NCBI RefSeq assembly: GCF_040938485.1
Contig: NW_027271658.1
Location: 2,976,001 to 3,040,000, forward strand
Origin: Diadema antillarum
Lineage: Eukaryota
Length of the DNA: 64,000 bases
Reading direction: 5' to 3'
The notes under the pieces were generated by a model that ran no database searches, was not told where the DNA came from, and saw only the letters and a list, made by a program, of their open reading frames with translations. Position numbers and translations under genes: made by a program. Shown here piece after piece: positions 44,031 to 55,962 of this stretch (position 1 is its first letter; each line of letters starts with the position of its first letter).

Positions 44031-44379
44031 ACTGACAACTTTAGCAACCAGTACATTCCAAAACATATATTTGGGTGATGTTTGATAATGATTCAGTTTG
44101 AAAGAGTGTATTAAGAAGGAGCAATCCATCTGAGTCAAATGACATTGATCAGTAACTGACATGAATGATGGAGGAAAGAAACACATTTGAAATTGCAAAA
44201 TGTTTTGAGCTTAGAAAACTTTTAAATGGTTGAGAATAAGGGATAATCAGAAACTGATGTACTCGATTTCAGTTGCACCAATGCAATACAAATTACTTGA
44301 TACAGACTAATTTAGGATAATGAGTTTGGAGAAATCAAATGTCATGTCTTCTGGATGTTCTTCCGTGAGAGAGCTGAGG

Positions 44380-45500
44380 TTACACTGATTCATCGCAAAC
44401 AATGCAGCAATCTGAATTTTGGTGTGAGATGGCACTCATCTCCTTCAGAGAAAGGAATGTCAAAATTCCCTCTCTGAAACATCTTGTTCTTCTGAGAACG
44501 TCATGGAGGAGCTCCATCAGTGCCTTGTCAACTCTCCTCGAGTCCAGAGCCAAAGGGTACAGGTACATCTTTGCTTTTGCCTTCCTCCCATCTCTTCCAG
44601 CTCTTCCGACCTCTTGCCAGTATGCCATTATGTCTGTTGGCGCTCCCCAGTGGATGACATATGAGATGTCGGGAGTGTCTATCCCTAAGCCAAAAGTGAT
44701 GGTAGCGACAACACAGTGAAGTTTGCTGTCTCTTTCAGGCATGGATTCCGTTATTTGTCTCTGCGAATGGGAATCCATACTCCCATGGTACATTTCACAT
44801 AGTCTTTCGGCTGGAGGCATATTGTCTAATTCTGTGTGGATCCATCCCCAAATCTGAGTCACATGATCTATGTTGCTGATGGATCAAAGAGTATAGAAAG
44901 GACATTTTCAGGCAGATGAGTTTTATGAAGACTTAAATCTGCATGTGAACTATCGTGTATTTCTTTGCAGTGACATTGCCATGCTTTCTTTTGTATCTTC
45001 CAGGAATAAGAAGCTATTCCTTTTTTCTTCTCGGTGATACAATAGTAGTAATACTTGTTAAACCCTATAGAGCCCAGCTGGTGTGGAGGCAGGGTGCACT
45101 CCGGTGCTTAGTTGGGATCAACCTTGTGACAACAGAGTTTTTGGTTCCTCGGTACATACTTTTTTAATATGGGTTGTGGGTATCTGTGTCATTCAAGATA
45201 TATGCTATTATATTCCCTGTGCAGTATCAATTTTAACAGAAAATCTAAAGAATATCTACCTCCACTGCCCCCCCTCCCAAATAGTATATGACTATGTAAT
45301 ATCATTACCTGGCATAGATTATGGCCTTGGGAGTTCTCTCCTAGTGCACCTTGAGCAATGCCACATATCACTTCAGGGACTCTTGAAATTCCCTGGTGTC
45401 TGTTCTTTGTACAGACAAGTGGATGTTTGGTCTGAAAGAAAGAAAATATGTGTGTAACCATTTGAATCAAGAAAGCTGTCTTCCCATGCTGTATAGCATA
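44380..45500 (-). mobile_element. Decayed RecQ-like SF2 helicase (transposon-borne, AcademH-like)
   Basis: ORF 44380-44862: MYHGS...VVATITFGLGIDTPDISYVIHWGAP......WQEVGRAGRDG (motifs V/VI) and C-terminal Zn Cys cluster (RCFR...CC.VCD); FRPNIHLSV and PKAIIYAR remnants at ~45300-45430 with stops. Confidence 0.75.
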
Positions 45501-46499
45501 TCTTGATTCTAATGAATATTTCAATCATGAAATAAGCTTAAAGGTAGTACTTAATGATGTATGGTTTACATCATGTCTCAAATAGTGCCCATTATATCCT
45601 TTTCTGTCTTCAGATGTTGGATTGTGAAAAACTATAGAAGAATAAGATACCAAGAGGAGAGAAAAAATAATTTCTAGAAGGAAGAAAGAAAATATCATTT
45701 GCCATGAAATAATAACAGCCTCATTCCTTGTCTTTCAACATTCACTTTATCAGGATTGCGTAGTATGATGTTATAATTATGTATTTTGCAAGTTTACATG
45801 CCAAAGTTCTGATGTCAGAGATGATTATGACAATGTGTCAAATCATTTCATTAAAATAAGCAAATATATAACCAGGGCTCAACATTAATACATATCACTT
45901 ACCCAGGGCAGGTACAGCACCGAGAATGCCACCAAAACATAAAAGAAAGCAGCAAAATTGTGCAGCAGCAACAGTGTGAACAAGAACAAGTGAACGAATT
46001 AGATATTAAAGAAACGTATGTATACTATAAAAGTAAGTTTTTTTCTGGTGATATTTGTAACTTATCGAACCGCAAAGATCTGTGACAGACTGTGTTTCTT
46101 TTTCAAGCTTACTGATAAAGCACTCTTTTGACTTAGGGCGCTCCCACAGTATTACTGTGTACAAGGAGCGCCCCGCGGTTAGTAGAGACGTAACGTTAGT
46201 TATGGTAGTACTACTACTAATAGAGGTCTAGACCATCTAACGTTAGTAGATTTCTAACGGTTAGTAGATTTGACTGATACTTATCTTTTACAGTCAACTA
46301 CTCTAGATCGGGGTGTGACTGGAGAGAGAGCTAATCTACACAAAATTAGGTAGAGAGAGTTATATTAGGTGAAAAATTTGAACATTCACAGTTCATTCAA
46401 ACTTGTAGTTTGCATATAATGGAGTTTTTTGTGCAGCACACTGCACTGGTTGCAAAAAAAAATATTAAGTGTAACAAAAACTTGGAGGCTGGCTGGAAG

Positions 46500-46700
46500 T
46501 TCATGATTTCCCTTTTGTTTCATGACTGAGACTTGGCTCCAGCATTCAACGAGCCTCATGCAACCTTCCCTAGTAAATCTATATTTTCTTGTGTTGTCGC
46601 CATTGTGTATTTCTAACGGTTGCGACCGATCCCTGAAAACCAGTCTCTTTCTTGTTTCTGCCTCAGCAGCTAGCATGAGCATGGCAGCCATGATGAAATA
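46500..46700 (-). mobile_element. Harbinger-type transposase N-terminal fragment
   Basis: MAAMLML....RKRLVFRDRSQPLE......RKYRFTREG, typical of the R.FRDR.NPL....RYRF start. Confidence 0.65.
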
Positions 46701-46873
46701 AAGTTGCCAATTGCATAGCAACCAATACTTGCGATTGATTTTCATAACTTGTGATTGATTCAGAATCAATCGAAAGTTATGATCAATTTAGGTCAAAAGT
46801 TGCCATTAATTTTATTCATAATTTTTTTATAAGATGGATTTGCATTCAATCGTAATGTTGCGATTGATTTGAA

Positions 46874-47410
46874 TCAATCACAAGTCTTTATAAGATGGGG
46901 CCCTGGTCTTCGCCTGGATACATCAGCATTTTTTTTTTTTTGGGGGGGGAAGTTCTCAACAGCTGCCTTTTCAATTTGAATCAAGAGATTGTTCTTTAAC
47001 ATCTTCAAACTCAATTTGGGGGCGTCATCTGTACTTGTCAGACAATGCGAGATGTAAGCATTTGCCTGGCAAATCTCCAAGAGCCTTGGGAAGATGCATT
47101 TCCACCACTTGACCGTTTTGCAATTGAACTGTCCATAGTATGATACAGCTTGATTCATGCGATCACATCCATTCATTGACATGTTATAGTCCTGTATGAC
47201 TTACGGGATGTCAAATGAATCACCCAATTTTCTTGTGATGAATTTGGTTTTGACCGAGGCTTGTGTTGACACAATAATAACTGGCTTCTTCTCCTTCTTT
47301 GCCTTTCCCGTCATATCTTTCCACATTACACAGAGTATTTTATCATCATCATTTCTGTACCACTGGGGCTCTCGATGGCTCAGTTTCAGCATTAAAATGT
47401 GTCCTCGCAT
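46874..47410 (-). mobile_element. piggyBac transposase C-terminal fragment
   Basis: ILCVMWKD...KKPVIIVST ... DYN.SMNGCDRMNQAVSYY.....KTVKWWK.IF..LLEI..ANAYI. Confidence 0.88.
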
Positions 47411-47929
47411 TTCTTAAGCATGCATGTTCACAGATTCTACATTCTTGAGTATACTCAATTTTTATTCAAATGGCCATTCATGATAACAATGAAAGTTAAG
47501 GAAAATGTCAAAACAAACCTGTTTATTCAAAAAGGTAACTGGCATTTAAGAGAATCTACAGATGCTTCTTTTCACTGAAAAAGTAGCATCTGTGTCTGCT
47601 CGTAAATATAACCATGTGTGTCATCTTACAAAGAAGACAGGTTTTGATAGAACTCCAACTGTTTTCAAGAATGAGCAATACTCAAGAAACTTACTACCAA
47701 TACTCAATACACATTAACCAGTGGCGTTACAATGTTTTCAAGTATATATGATGTGATTTTCATTAAAGAGAGAGAAGTAAGAAAGATGGAGAAGGGATAG
47801 GGAGATATTAAGAGAATTAAGATTATAGTCAACACTTGCAATGAGATTCAACATGAAATACTGATACGGTCATTACCCGCATCATGCACTCCATTGTCTT
47901 CCTATGATCGTTTTTACGTAGCATTTTAC

Positions 47930-48068
47930 CGTAGCTGTAAATATGTACATGTGTGGATGTAGCTTCATATCAAAGATCTTAACTGGGGCATTCATTTCCC
48001 TCACTTGACCATGATTCACGAGGCGGCTGAGTCTATCACCAAAAGTGCACTCATCAGTAGCATCAAGA
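47930..48068 (-). pseudogene. Isolated SET-domain exon (KMT5A/SET8-like)
   Basis: ttttctttggcatacag| LDATDECTFGDRLSRLVNHG....NAPVK......HPHMYIFTAT |gtaaaa, matching the DAT...RLGRLINHS...PHL motif; no ELLYDY exon found downstream. Confidence 0.6.
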
Positions 48069-48614
48069 CTGTATGCCAAAGAAAAGCTCATGTATACAGT
48101 ATCACATGTACAATAAAAAATAATGTACAACTTCATTTACGGTCCACATAATGCATTCATATTTATAGGAGCTATAGTGATATATAGGGAGTGACCAAAA
48201 AAAAAAAAAAAAAATTAATGACCACTCTCTTTTGCCACAGGACTGTTCTTCCTTGGGGCCCTGCACAAACAGCCATAACAGATAACAAAACAATGACATT
48301 TACACTAAGTACAGCATACGTACAATTCTTCTACTGAACATGAATACATACAATCACACAATAACTACCCCGGTATACACTGACTTCTATAAATATACTA
48401 ACCAAAGAAACAATAATACCATGGTGGGCCTACTTATCTTTTTTAACCAAAAACATTCAAAAAACTTTTGAACAAAAAAATTGTCTCTTAATGTGATCAG
48501 TATCTCACCCACTACTAAAGGAGCCAGCACAATCCGCAACAATTGTTCAAATTTCCTATTGAAAAAAATGCTGCCTCTATGGCAACGGGCTACTCACCAT
48601 TGGCAAGATGTTTA

Positions 48615-48616
<2 letters not shown>

Positions 48617-48652
<36 letters not shown>
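48617..48652. repeat. (AT)n microsatellite
   Basis: Direct reading of the sequence. Confidence 0.95.
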
Positions 48653-48661
<9 letters not shown>

Positions 48662-49489
48662 TATATTATATCAGGTTGATTTTATGTAATGACCACAATA
48701 TTTTACAGAAACTAAGATCAAATGCTCAAAGACTTAATATGTGGGCCAAATTAGCTAATAATTTTCATAATTTCCATTAAGAAGGAAACTGTCACTATGA
48801 TTAAAACAAAAGAATGTTTGACCTCAAAAAAGATTAAGTCTGCACATACATGTACATACAATGTTGCAGTCACACCTTTCAGACAATTATTAAATATTAA
48901 TTTAGGGAGTGAACTCAATAATTTTTTTTTTATGCATACTTTTCATTGGCAAAATAATTCTGGTCACCATGGCAATGCACCATTTCAAAATTGTCTCAAA
49001 ATTACCGCGGTCACCTGCATAAGCCACAACATTTTATGAGAAGTTCATCTAAAATGTTACCATGGCAACACATGATCTGACTATAAAAAAAAGAAGTCTG
49101 CACAACTTCATAGTGTAAAAATCATACCTCCCAAATTTCCAATTAAAAGTTCTGAATCTGATAAATTAACTAAACCTCAATTTTGATATCATTTTCATAC
49201 ATGATATACTCTCACCATGGCAACAAACTATCCGGCTATGACAAAAAAAAAGAGTAAAAATTGCACATTTACCTACTACATCTGTCACATGTGCAAAATT
49301 TCAAATCAATGTAGAGTGACTGGAATTATACTCTGATGGTAGAGTTACTTCTACTCACCAAAAATGTAGTTGTAGAAATGATGTCAAAATATCAGGTATA
49401 TGGTGTATGGTCACCCAACTCCTCACCTATCAGTAACTTATTCAGCCTAATTTCCTAATTTTAATAACTTATTCAGCCGTTTCTGCTTG

Positions 49490-49852
49490 GAGATCGACAT
49501 CCAGCAGATGAGTTCTGTCTTTAACTTGGTATATGGTTTGTCCTCGGGGTGGTGGCTAAACAATCAAATCCCTGACTTCCATCGCCCCATCCGGCTGGAG
49601 AGATGAAATCACATAGGAAAATCTTGTCTTCTCCCTGAGAATATGTTAAGTGTCAAAGGTGACCTTGACTTGTGCAAACCATATCGCAGGGTCGCTTGCC
49701 GAGAATGGCGGCAACTTCAAAAGTCTGGTGACTTCATCTCCGGCATCTGTGCCAGTGCCAGTGTTAGTGGCATCTGCCAATGAATTATCTCCTCCTTCAT
49801 GTCTGTTTGATCCTGATGACTCATAATAGCAAGTGAAAATCAGGGTCACCAA
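49490..49852 (-). mobile_element. Gypsy relic: tRNA-Trp-type PBS remnant, 5' UTR and gag N-terminus
   Basis: Minus strand TGGTGACCC-TGATTT (tRNA-Trp 3' complement with a small deletion) at 49851-49837; LKLPPFSASDPAIWFAQV; EKTRFSYVISSLQP..AMEVRDLI. Confidence 0.75.
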
Positions 49853-49854
49853 TT

Positions 49855-50185
49855 GTTGCCAATTTTCGGGTACGTTTATCGATGTCTTCTGACTTGTCTT
49901 ATGATCCCTTTCCCACTTTTGCTCCTCTCATGAGCCTTTCAAACTGTTGTCACTGTACTGTTCCCAGACAAAATCCACACAGTAAGTATATTGCATCTGA
50001 TGCTGTACATATGGCCAGAACACATTTAATGCATATTCTTTGAAGGTCTTAGCAGTAATATGTTTAAGAATGTTCACTGAGCTGCCACGTCTCCATCTAG
50101 GGTGATCACATCAATCTTTCGGTAGTCGCCTCTTGATTCAGCACACTTCTGTAATGGTGCAATGAGGTCAAATTTGCGTCCTTGT
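49855..50185 (-). mobile_element. XPG/PIN-like nuclease fragment of an Academ-type DNA transposon (inferred)
   Basis: G.K.DLI...IDVITLDG...VNIL...KTFKEYA...F.PY....CVDFVWEQYSDNSLK...R..GKG...VPENWQQ. Confidence 0.6.
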
Positions 50186-50189
50186 CTTT

Positions 50190-50300
50190 AGTTGCTGCAG
50201 TAGCAAGTGCAAAGCACTTGCAGAAACTCCAGTGTCATGCGGTAGGCCGCTGGCTCTAGGTGTACAGCTCTTGTGTTGAGGCAGGTTATGTTTTGCTGTC
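50190..50300 (-). mobile_element. BEL/Pao integrase fragment
   Basis: ITCLNTRAVHLE.....T.EFLQVL (BEL TC..TRAVHLE motif). Confidence 0.75.
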
Positions 50301-50339
50301 TTATTTCTGCCAACTCAAACATTGAATGAACCGGTGCGA

Positions 50340-50583
50340 GCCTTGCTGGTTTAACTGTTTGGCCTGATGAAGGCGTCAATCTGACCCTGGGTCTTTACAT
50401 AAGTAAAGTGTAGTACCGGTCGTCAGGCCTCTCCACTGAGGTTCCTCACAATGGTTGAAAATTGGAGAGAGGGCAGAGTATGGTTGGTGGAGAAGAAATA
50501 CTCCATATTCCTTATCCAATCCTCCTGCTGGGTGAACAAATCGATGGTGGCGCCGATGTGCTCTACGTCGGCTTGAATAGCTT
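50340..50583 (-). mobile_element. Gypsy gag relic of the same family as the full-length element
   Basis: gtttaactgtttggcctgatgaagg and aattggagagagggcagagtatggttggtggagaagaaatactcc align to gag at ~55965-55995 and ~56700-56780. Confidence 0.75.
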
Positions 50584-51684
50584 TTTAGCTCTCCTGAGCC
50601 AAAGGCTCAAGTGAGCTATGGCGATCGCTCTTCGTCCGTTGTCCGTCGTGCATCGTCCGTTGTGCGTAAACTTTTTACATTTTCATCTTCTTCTTGAGAA
50701 CCCCACGACCGATTTTCACCAAACTTGGCAGGTAGCATCCCTAGGGGATAGGATCTCAATTTGTTCAAATGGGCACCATGGCCCACCTGGGGGGCCCCAA
50801 GGGGGCCCAAACCCCCTAAAATTAAGGAATCTTTAAAAACCCATTTCTCTAGAACCAGAAGTGGTAGGGCTTAGTTAATACTATGAGTTAGTACATTGAT
50901 GACTGTAGTTTCAAGTTTGTTCATGGGGGAATCAGGGGTGCCCCCCTTGGGACCCAGGGGAGGGGGGTGGGAGGGGTCCTTAATCATAATGGGGCCTAAA
51001 TTGTACATTTTCATCTTCTCTTTGAGATCCCCATGTCTGATTTTCACCAAACTTGGTAGGTAGCATCCCGAGGGGGATAGGATCTCAATTTGTTCAAATG
51101 AGCACCATGGCCCACCTGAGGGGCCCCCCGGGGGGGGGGGGGGGGGGGGGGGGGGGCCCAAACCCCCTACAATTAAGGAATCTTTAAAAATCTTCTCCAG
51201 AAGTGATAGGGCTAAGATAATACTATGAGTTATTACATTGATGACTGTAGTTTCAAGTTTGTTCATGGGATTGGCGGAATCAGGGGTGCCCCCCCCCCCC
51301 CTTGGGACCCAGGAGAGGGGATGGGGATGGGTCCTAATGGGGCCTGAATTGTACATGTTCATCTTCCTTTTGAAAACCTCATGATGAATTTTGACCAAAC
51401 TTAGCAGGTAGCATCCCTAGGGGGATAGAATCTCAATTCCTTCAAATGGGCACCATGTCCCTCTTGGGGGGGAGGGGGGGGGGGGGGTCCTAGGGCCCCC
51501 CCCCCCCACATTAGAGAATATATTTAAAAACTCCTACTCTAGAACCAGAAATGATAAAACAAAGTTAATACCATGAGTTTGTACATTGATGGCTTTAGTT
51601 CCAACTTTGTTCATTGCAGATCCAGGGCTGCCTGCCCCCCCCCCTTCCACCCTGAAGTTGGGGGGAGGGGGGGGGGGATCCATA

Positions 51685-52032
51685 TGTAACCCGTCTTTGT
51701 TACGAGAAGACTGGCTACGAGAGTAACTCTGTAAAACAGGAGGCAAGAGACAAGGAATGATTAAGGTGATATCGACATCGGACGAACTGCGATAAGTCGC
51801 CGAGTGGTGTTCTTGACTTCCGGTGGGGGATATTTGCATATTTTAAACAATTTGATACCAGACCAATTACCATAAAATAAGGGCTTCATAAAGGTGGTTC
51901 ACGACGACGTGTGGTCACGTGACCGGTGAAAGGGAAGGTTCTAGAATCCCGTTCACACATGATTCAAAATGCGGGAAGGGGAACATGTTATACATTTAAC
52001 ATTCTATTCTCGTTACCAGCTGCCTGGTTACA
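51685..52032 (-). repeat. 3' LTR
   Basis: Preceded on the minus strand by the PPT AAAGAGGGGGAGAG (52046-52033). Confidence 0.97.
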
Positions 52033-52110
52033 CTCTCCCCCTCTTTGAAACTATTAATACCAACGGAACACCAGCTCTGGTCAACGCCAAATCCTTAAAT
52101 TTAATTATTA

Positions 52111-55100
52111 TCAATGGTTAATTACAATTCCAAGTCTGGCTCGCTCGGCAGCCATGGCCGGACTCATCCAACGCGCCCACAATCGTCGACCAGCTTCCAG
52201 CTTTCGTTGGTAGACAGACACTACATTTATGCGGCCAAGTGCAGTGTATTGTAGCCAGTCAATGGGTTTTGGGTGCCGGGTGCTACATCGTGGCTGGGGT
52301 GTGTCTTCAGTCCCTTCATCCTGGCAGGCCGTTGTCCTGTCTTCCGGAGGAGTTTCCTGCCCCGCGGGCTGGCGATCTTCTGGGAGGGAAGGTGTGTCCG
52401 ATCTAGAGGCTTCAACGTGTGGCATGGTAGGGTCTGATTCGGTGACAGCTTCTGTGGGATTGAGGTCGTCGTGATCTTGGTCTGGTGCGCTTGGAGGTCC
52501 GTCAGGGCTGTCGAGGGTCTGTGGGATGTTATCCCGATTTTCAGGAGGCTTGTGAAGGTTGTCGCTGTGTGAGGAAACATGTCTATGTCTCATTACTGCC
52601 AAGTCATCTCCAAGGCTTGCGTGATCTGGAGCGACAGACAGAGGTCCTTCAGCCTGCGAAATACCTGATTCCTCCTCTGGGACGTTTCGGTCAGGATCCA
52701 GGTCTTCTTCAACCGGGAGGAACATGCACGGCGTTAGTAGGTTCCTGTGGACAGTCCTCTCACGACTACCATCCACCTTCTCTATACGGTAGATCGGTAG
52801 GTCTGGGTGCTTATTTCTTATGACATATGGGATGGGCTCCCATTTGTCTGCAAGCTTACGCCCGCCTACCGTTTTGTCCATGACCAGCACCCGGTCACCT
52901 GGGAGCAAGGGTGATAACTTCGCCCTCTTGTCATGCTGGGCCTTTCGGTGGAGCTTGGAGGAGGCTGACGCCGCCGTGGCAACTTCGTATAGCCTTTGCA
53001 GCTCATCACGGAAGTTAGAAACATACTCCTCGTGGGTTTACTCTTCTTGAGTTTCTTGTAGGCCGAACATCACATCGACAGGGAGGTTTGGATGTCTTCC
53101 AAACATCAAGTGGAAGGGTGCATATCCCGTCGATTCATGCCGTGTTGCATTATAGGCATGGGTAAGAAGACCAAGGTGCTCCTTCCAGTCAGCCTTATCC
53201 TCTGGTGACAGAGTGCCCAGCATGTCGATCAAGGTTCTGTTGAACCTTTCGGTAGTTCCGTTGCCCTGGGGATGGTAGGCTGTGGTCCTACTTCTTTGCA
53301 CACCGGCAACTTTACAGAGTTCCGCCATAAGCTTGCTCTGAAAGTTGCATCCCTGATCTGGATGGATCCGCCGGGGGAATCCGTAGTGCACAAAGAAATT
53401 TTTCCACAGAGTTCGTGCAACCGTAGTGGCGTGCTGGTCTCTGGTCGGGTAGGCTTGTGCGCAGCGGGTAAAATGGTCAGTGACTACGAGCACATTTTCC
53501 ACTCCACCCTTCGACTTCTCCAACTTTAGGTAGTCAATGCAGACTAATTCCAAGGGCTCCGAGGTGTGGATGCTGTTCAAGGGGGCACGATTGTTGGCAG
53601 TTGGCGTCTTCCGGAGGCAACACTGCCTACATGTGATGCACCACACCCTAACATCCCTCGCCATCTTCACCCAGAAGAAACGCTGCCGCACCGAGTCCAG
53701 AGTCGTCTCGAATCCTGGATGACCAATGTCATCATGGAGGTGTCCGAGTACCAACCTATGGTAACAGTGTGGTAGGACGAGCTGGAAGCACGTTTTTTCC
53801 CTGCCTGATCCTGATATCGGCGGTAGAGTACGTCATCCCTGAAAACTAGACGTTTTACTTGGTGGAGCAGTGTCCGAGCGTGTGGGGTCATCTTACTCAA
53901 GTCGGACCTCCGGGGTTTAGCCCCTCGCTCGAGCAGTCTGATGATCTCAGATAGGTCAGGATCTGCTAACACTTCCACAAGAAAGGTCTCGTTGAAGTCT
54001 GGGAAGCCAAGAATTGGTGGTGAGGTTAACCGATCCTTTATGGTCCTAAAGGCCTCCTCCTGCGCCGGGGTCCATTCAAAGGGAGGTGGTGGTTTCCTGG
54101 ACTTCCTCTTCTTGCCTCCTCCTTCCATCAGTTCGTACAGGGGCTTCGCTATTGTGGAGTAATCTTTAACAAACTGCCTGTAATATCCCGTAAATCCCAG
54201 AAAGCGGCGAACATCTCGACTGGTCTGGGGGCGTGGCCAGTCTGCAACCGCCTGGGTTTTCTCCGGGTCTGTCGCGATTCCATCTTGGCTGATGACATGA
54301 CCAAGGTAGTGTACCTCTCTCTGCAAGAGGTGGCACTTTCGCAGCTTCAGTTTTAGTCCATGTTGTCTCAGTCGGTCGAAAACAAGTCTCAGTCGGGCTA
54401 TGTGTTCGTCAAATGTCGCCAAAAACACAATGACATCGTCAAGGTAGATGAGGACTGACTCAAAGTTTTGGGCACCCAAGCAGTTGGTCATCAGCCTCTG
54501 AAAGGTCGCTGGGGCGTCCTGTAGCCCAAAGGGCATACGAATGCATTCGTAGAGGCCCATTGGGGTGGTGAAGGCTGTCTTCGGTCGATCCTGGTCTGCT
54601 ACCCGGACCTGCCAGTATCCGCTTGTCAAGTGAAGGGTAGAAAAATATCTTGCTTTGCCAAGGGAGTAAAAGGCTTTGTCAATCCGGGGCATTGGGAAGG
54701 CGTCTCTGCGGGTCTTACTATTGAGGCGTCGGTAGTCGATGCACAGTCGAATGGTACCATCCTTCTTATGCACGACTACAATGGGGGATGCATAGGGACT
54801 GGTGCTCTTCTGGATAACGCCGGCCTCCTCCATCTCTTGGATGTGTTTCCGGACGTCCTGATATTGTGCGGGAGGGATTCGATGGTAGGGTAGCCGGAAG
54901 TGTTCATTGTCGACAAGAGGGATTTTATGTTTGACTCCCGTTGCACATCCGTAATCAAAATCGTGTTGGGAGATGACATCTGCATATTGTTGAAGGAGGG
55001 AGGCCATCTCTACTTCCTCTTCTGGGTTGGTGAAGAGGGCATTAGACAAATCTAACATAGGGGTTGCATTCATTGGGCCACGTGAAGAAGGGAAATCCGC

Positions 55101-55960
55101 TGCTAAACTGTTCAGCCTAGCAGACTTACAGTCCTGGAGATGACGGGGATCTTCGTAGGCATGGGCGACGTATAGTTGTGCTATTTGTGTTTTCGGGTTT
55201 ACTCTGAGGGGCTGGTCAGAAAAGTTGAGTACCCTAACTGGAACACTCTTACCTGACGAGACGTCGACCATAGTCCGTCCTACAGCCATATGGAGACCAG
55301 GTCGAGGCGGGTGGAGTGGTTCGACCAGAGCGGTGCACGCTTGCCAAGGTCCCATCGGTGGATGGCAGGGAAGGTCAACCTCTTCACCCGGTTGGATCAC
55401 TCTTGGGGCTCCCAAGTAGGCGAGGGTTCCAAGACTTCCCTGGTCGTCACCAGGCATCGCGTCGTCCATAGCGGCACAGGCAAGGTACCACGCGGTGCTG
55501 ACCTCCCTCACATGAGAAAGGTACCACGCGATGCTGACCTCCCTCACATGAGAAAGGTACGCTGCTCCGGCCCGCATGCACCGCTGCTCATTCCGAAAAG
55601 CCCGGATCAGATTCGTCCCGATCAGAGCTTCGACGCCATGCCCGTAGCTGTCTGGAGGGACAACCAATGCTGGCACATCCGGGTAGTGATGTCCGTGTAG
55701 AGCAACATCAATGGGGATAACGCCGAAGTGAGGAAGGGTGTGGCCACCGGCGCCTTTAATTTCTATTGTAGAGTGGGAAAGGGGTATTTTTGAGAGAACT
55801 GGATGGGATTGAACAAAGGAAGAAGACACAGTCGTTACCTGGGATCCGGAGTCAATAAGGGCTGTACACAGGGTGTATTTATGGACAGGGAATCTACATT
55901 GCTGGGCCCCAGCACTGAAATTTTGTTGCCCACACTCAGCCTGTCTACTGCCGGTGTGGG
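52111..55960 (-). pseudogene. Gypsy pol (PR-RT-[RNase H deleted]-IN), disrupted
   Basis: PR motif LIDSGSQV (DSG at 55853-55845); RT YASPIVVV.KKDG.IRLCIDYR.LN ... YLDD; IN HHCC plus D,D,E (CIDY/PDQG/TERFNR); GPY/F-like tail. Frameshifts near 55870 and in the A6 run at 53793-53798; in-frame TAA at 53040-53038. Confidence 0.92.
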
Positions 55961-55962
55961 CC

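Noticed and set aside
44380-44862. Functional host RecQ/WRN gene
   Set aside because: Only the C-terminal motifs are open, the upstream part is broken, no exon structure was found, and it is embedded in TE relics.
55484-55560. 33-bp in-frame tandem duplication in pol (YLSHVREVS.AW x2)
   Set aside because: Ordinary slippage in a dead copy; there is no sign of function.
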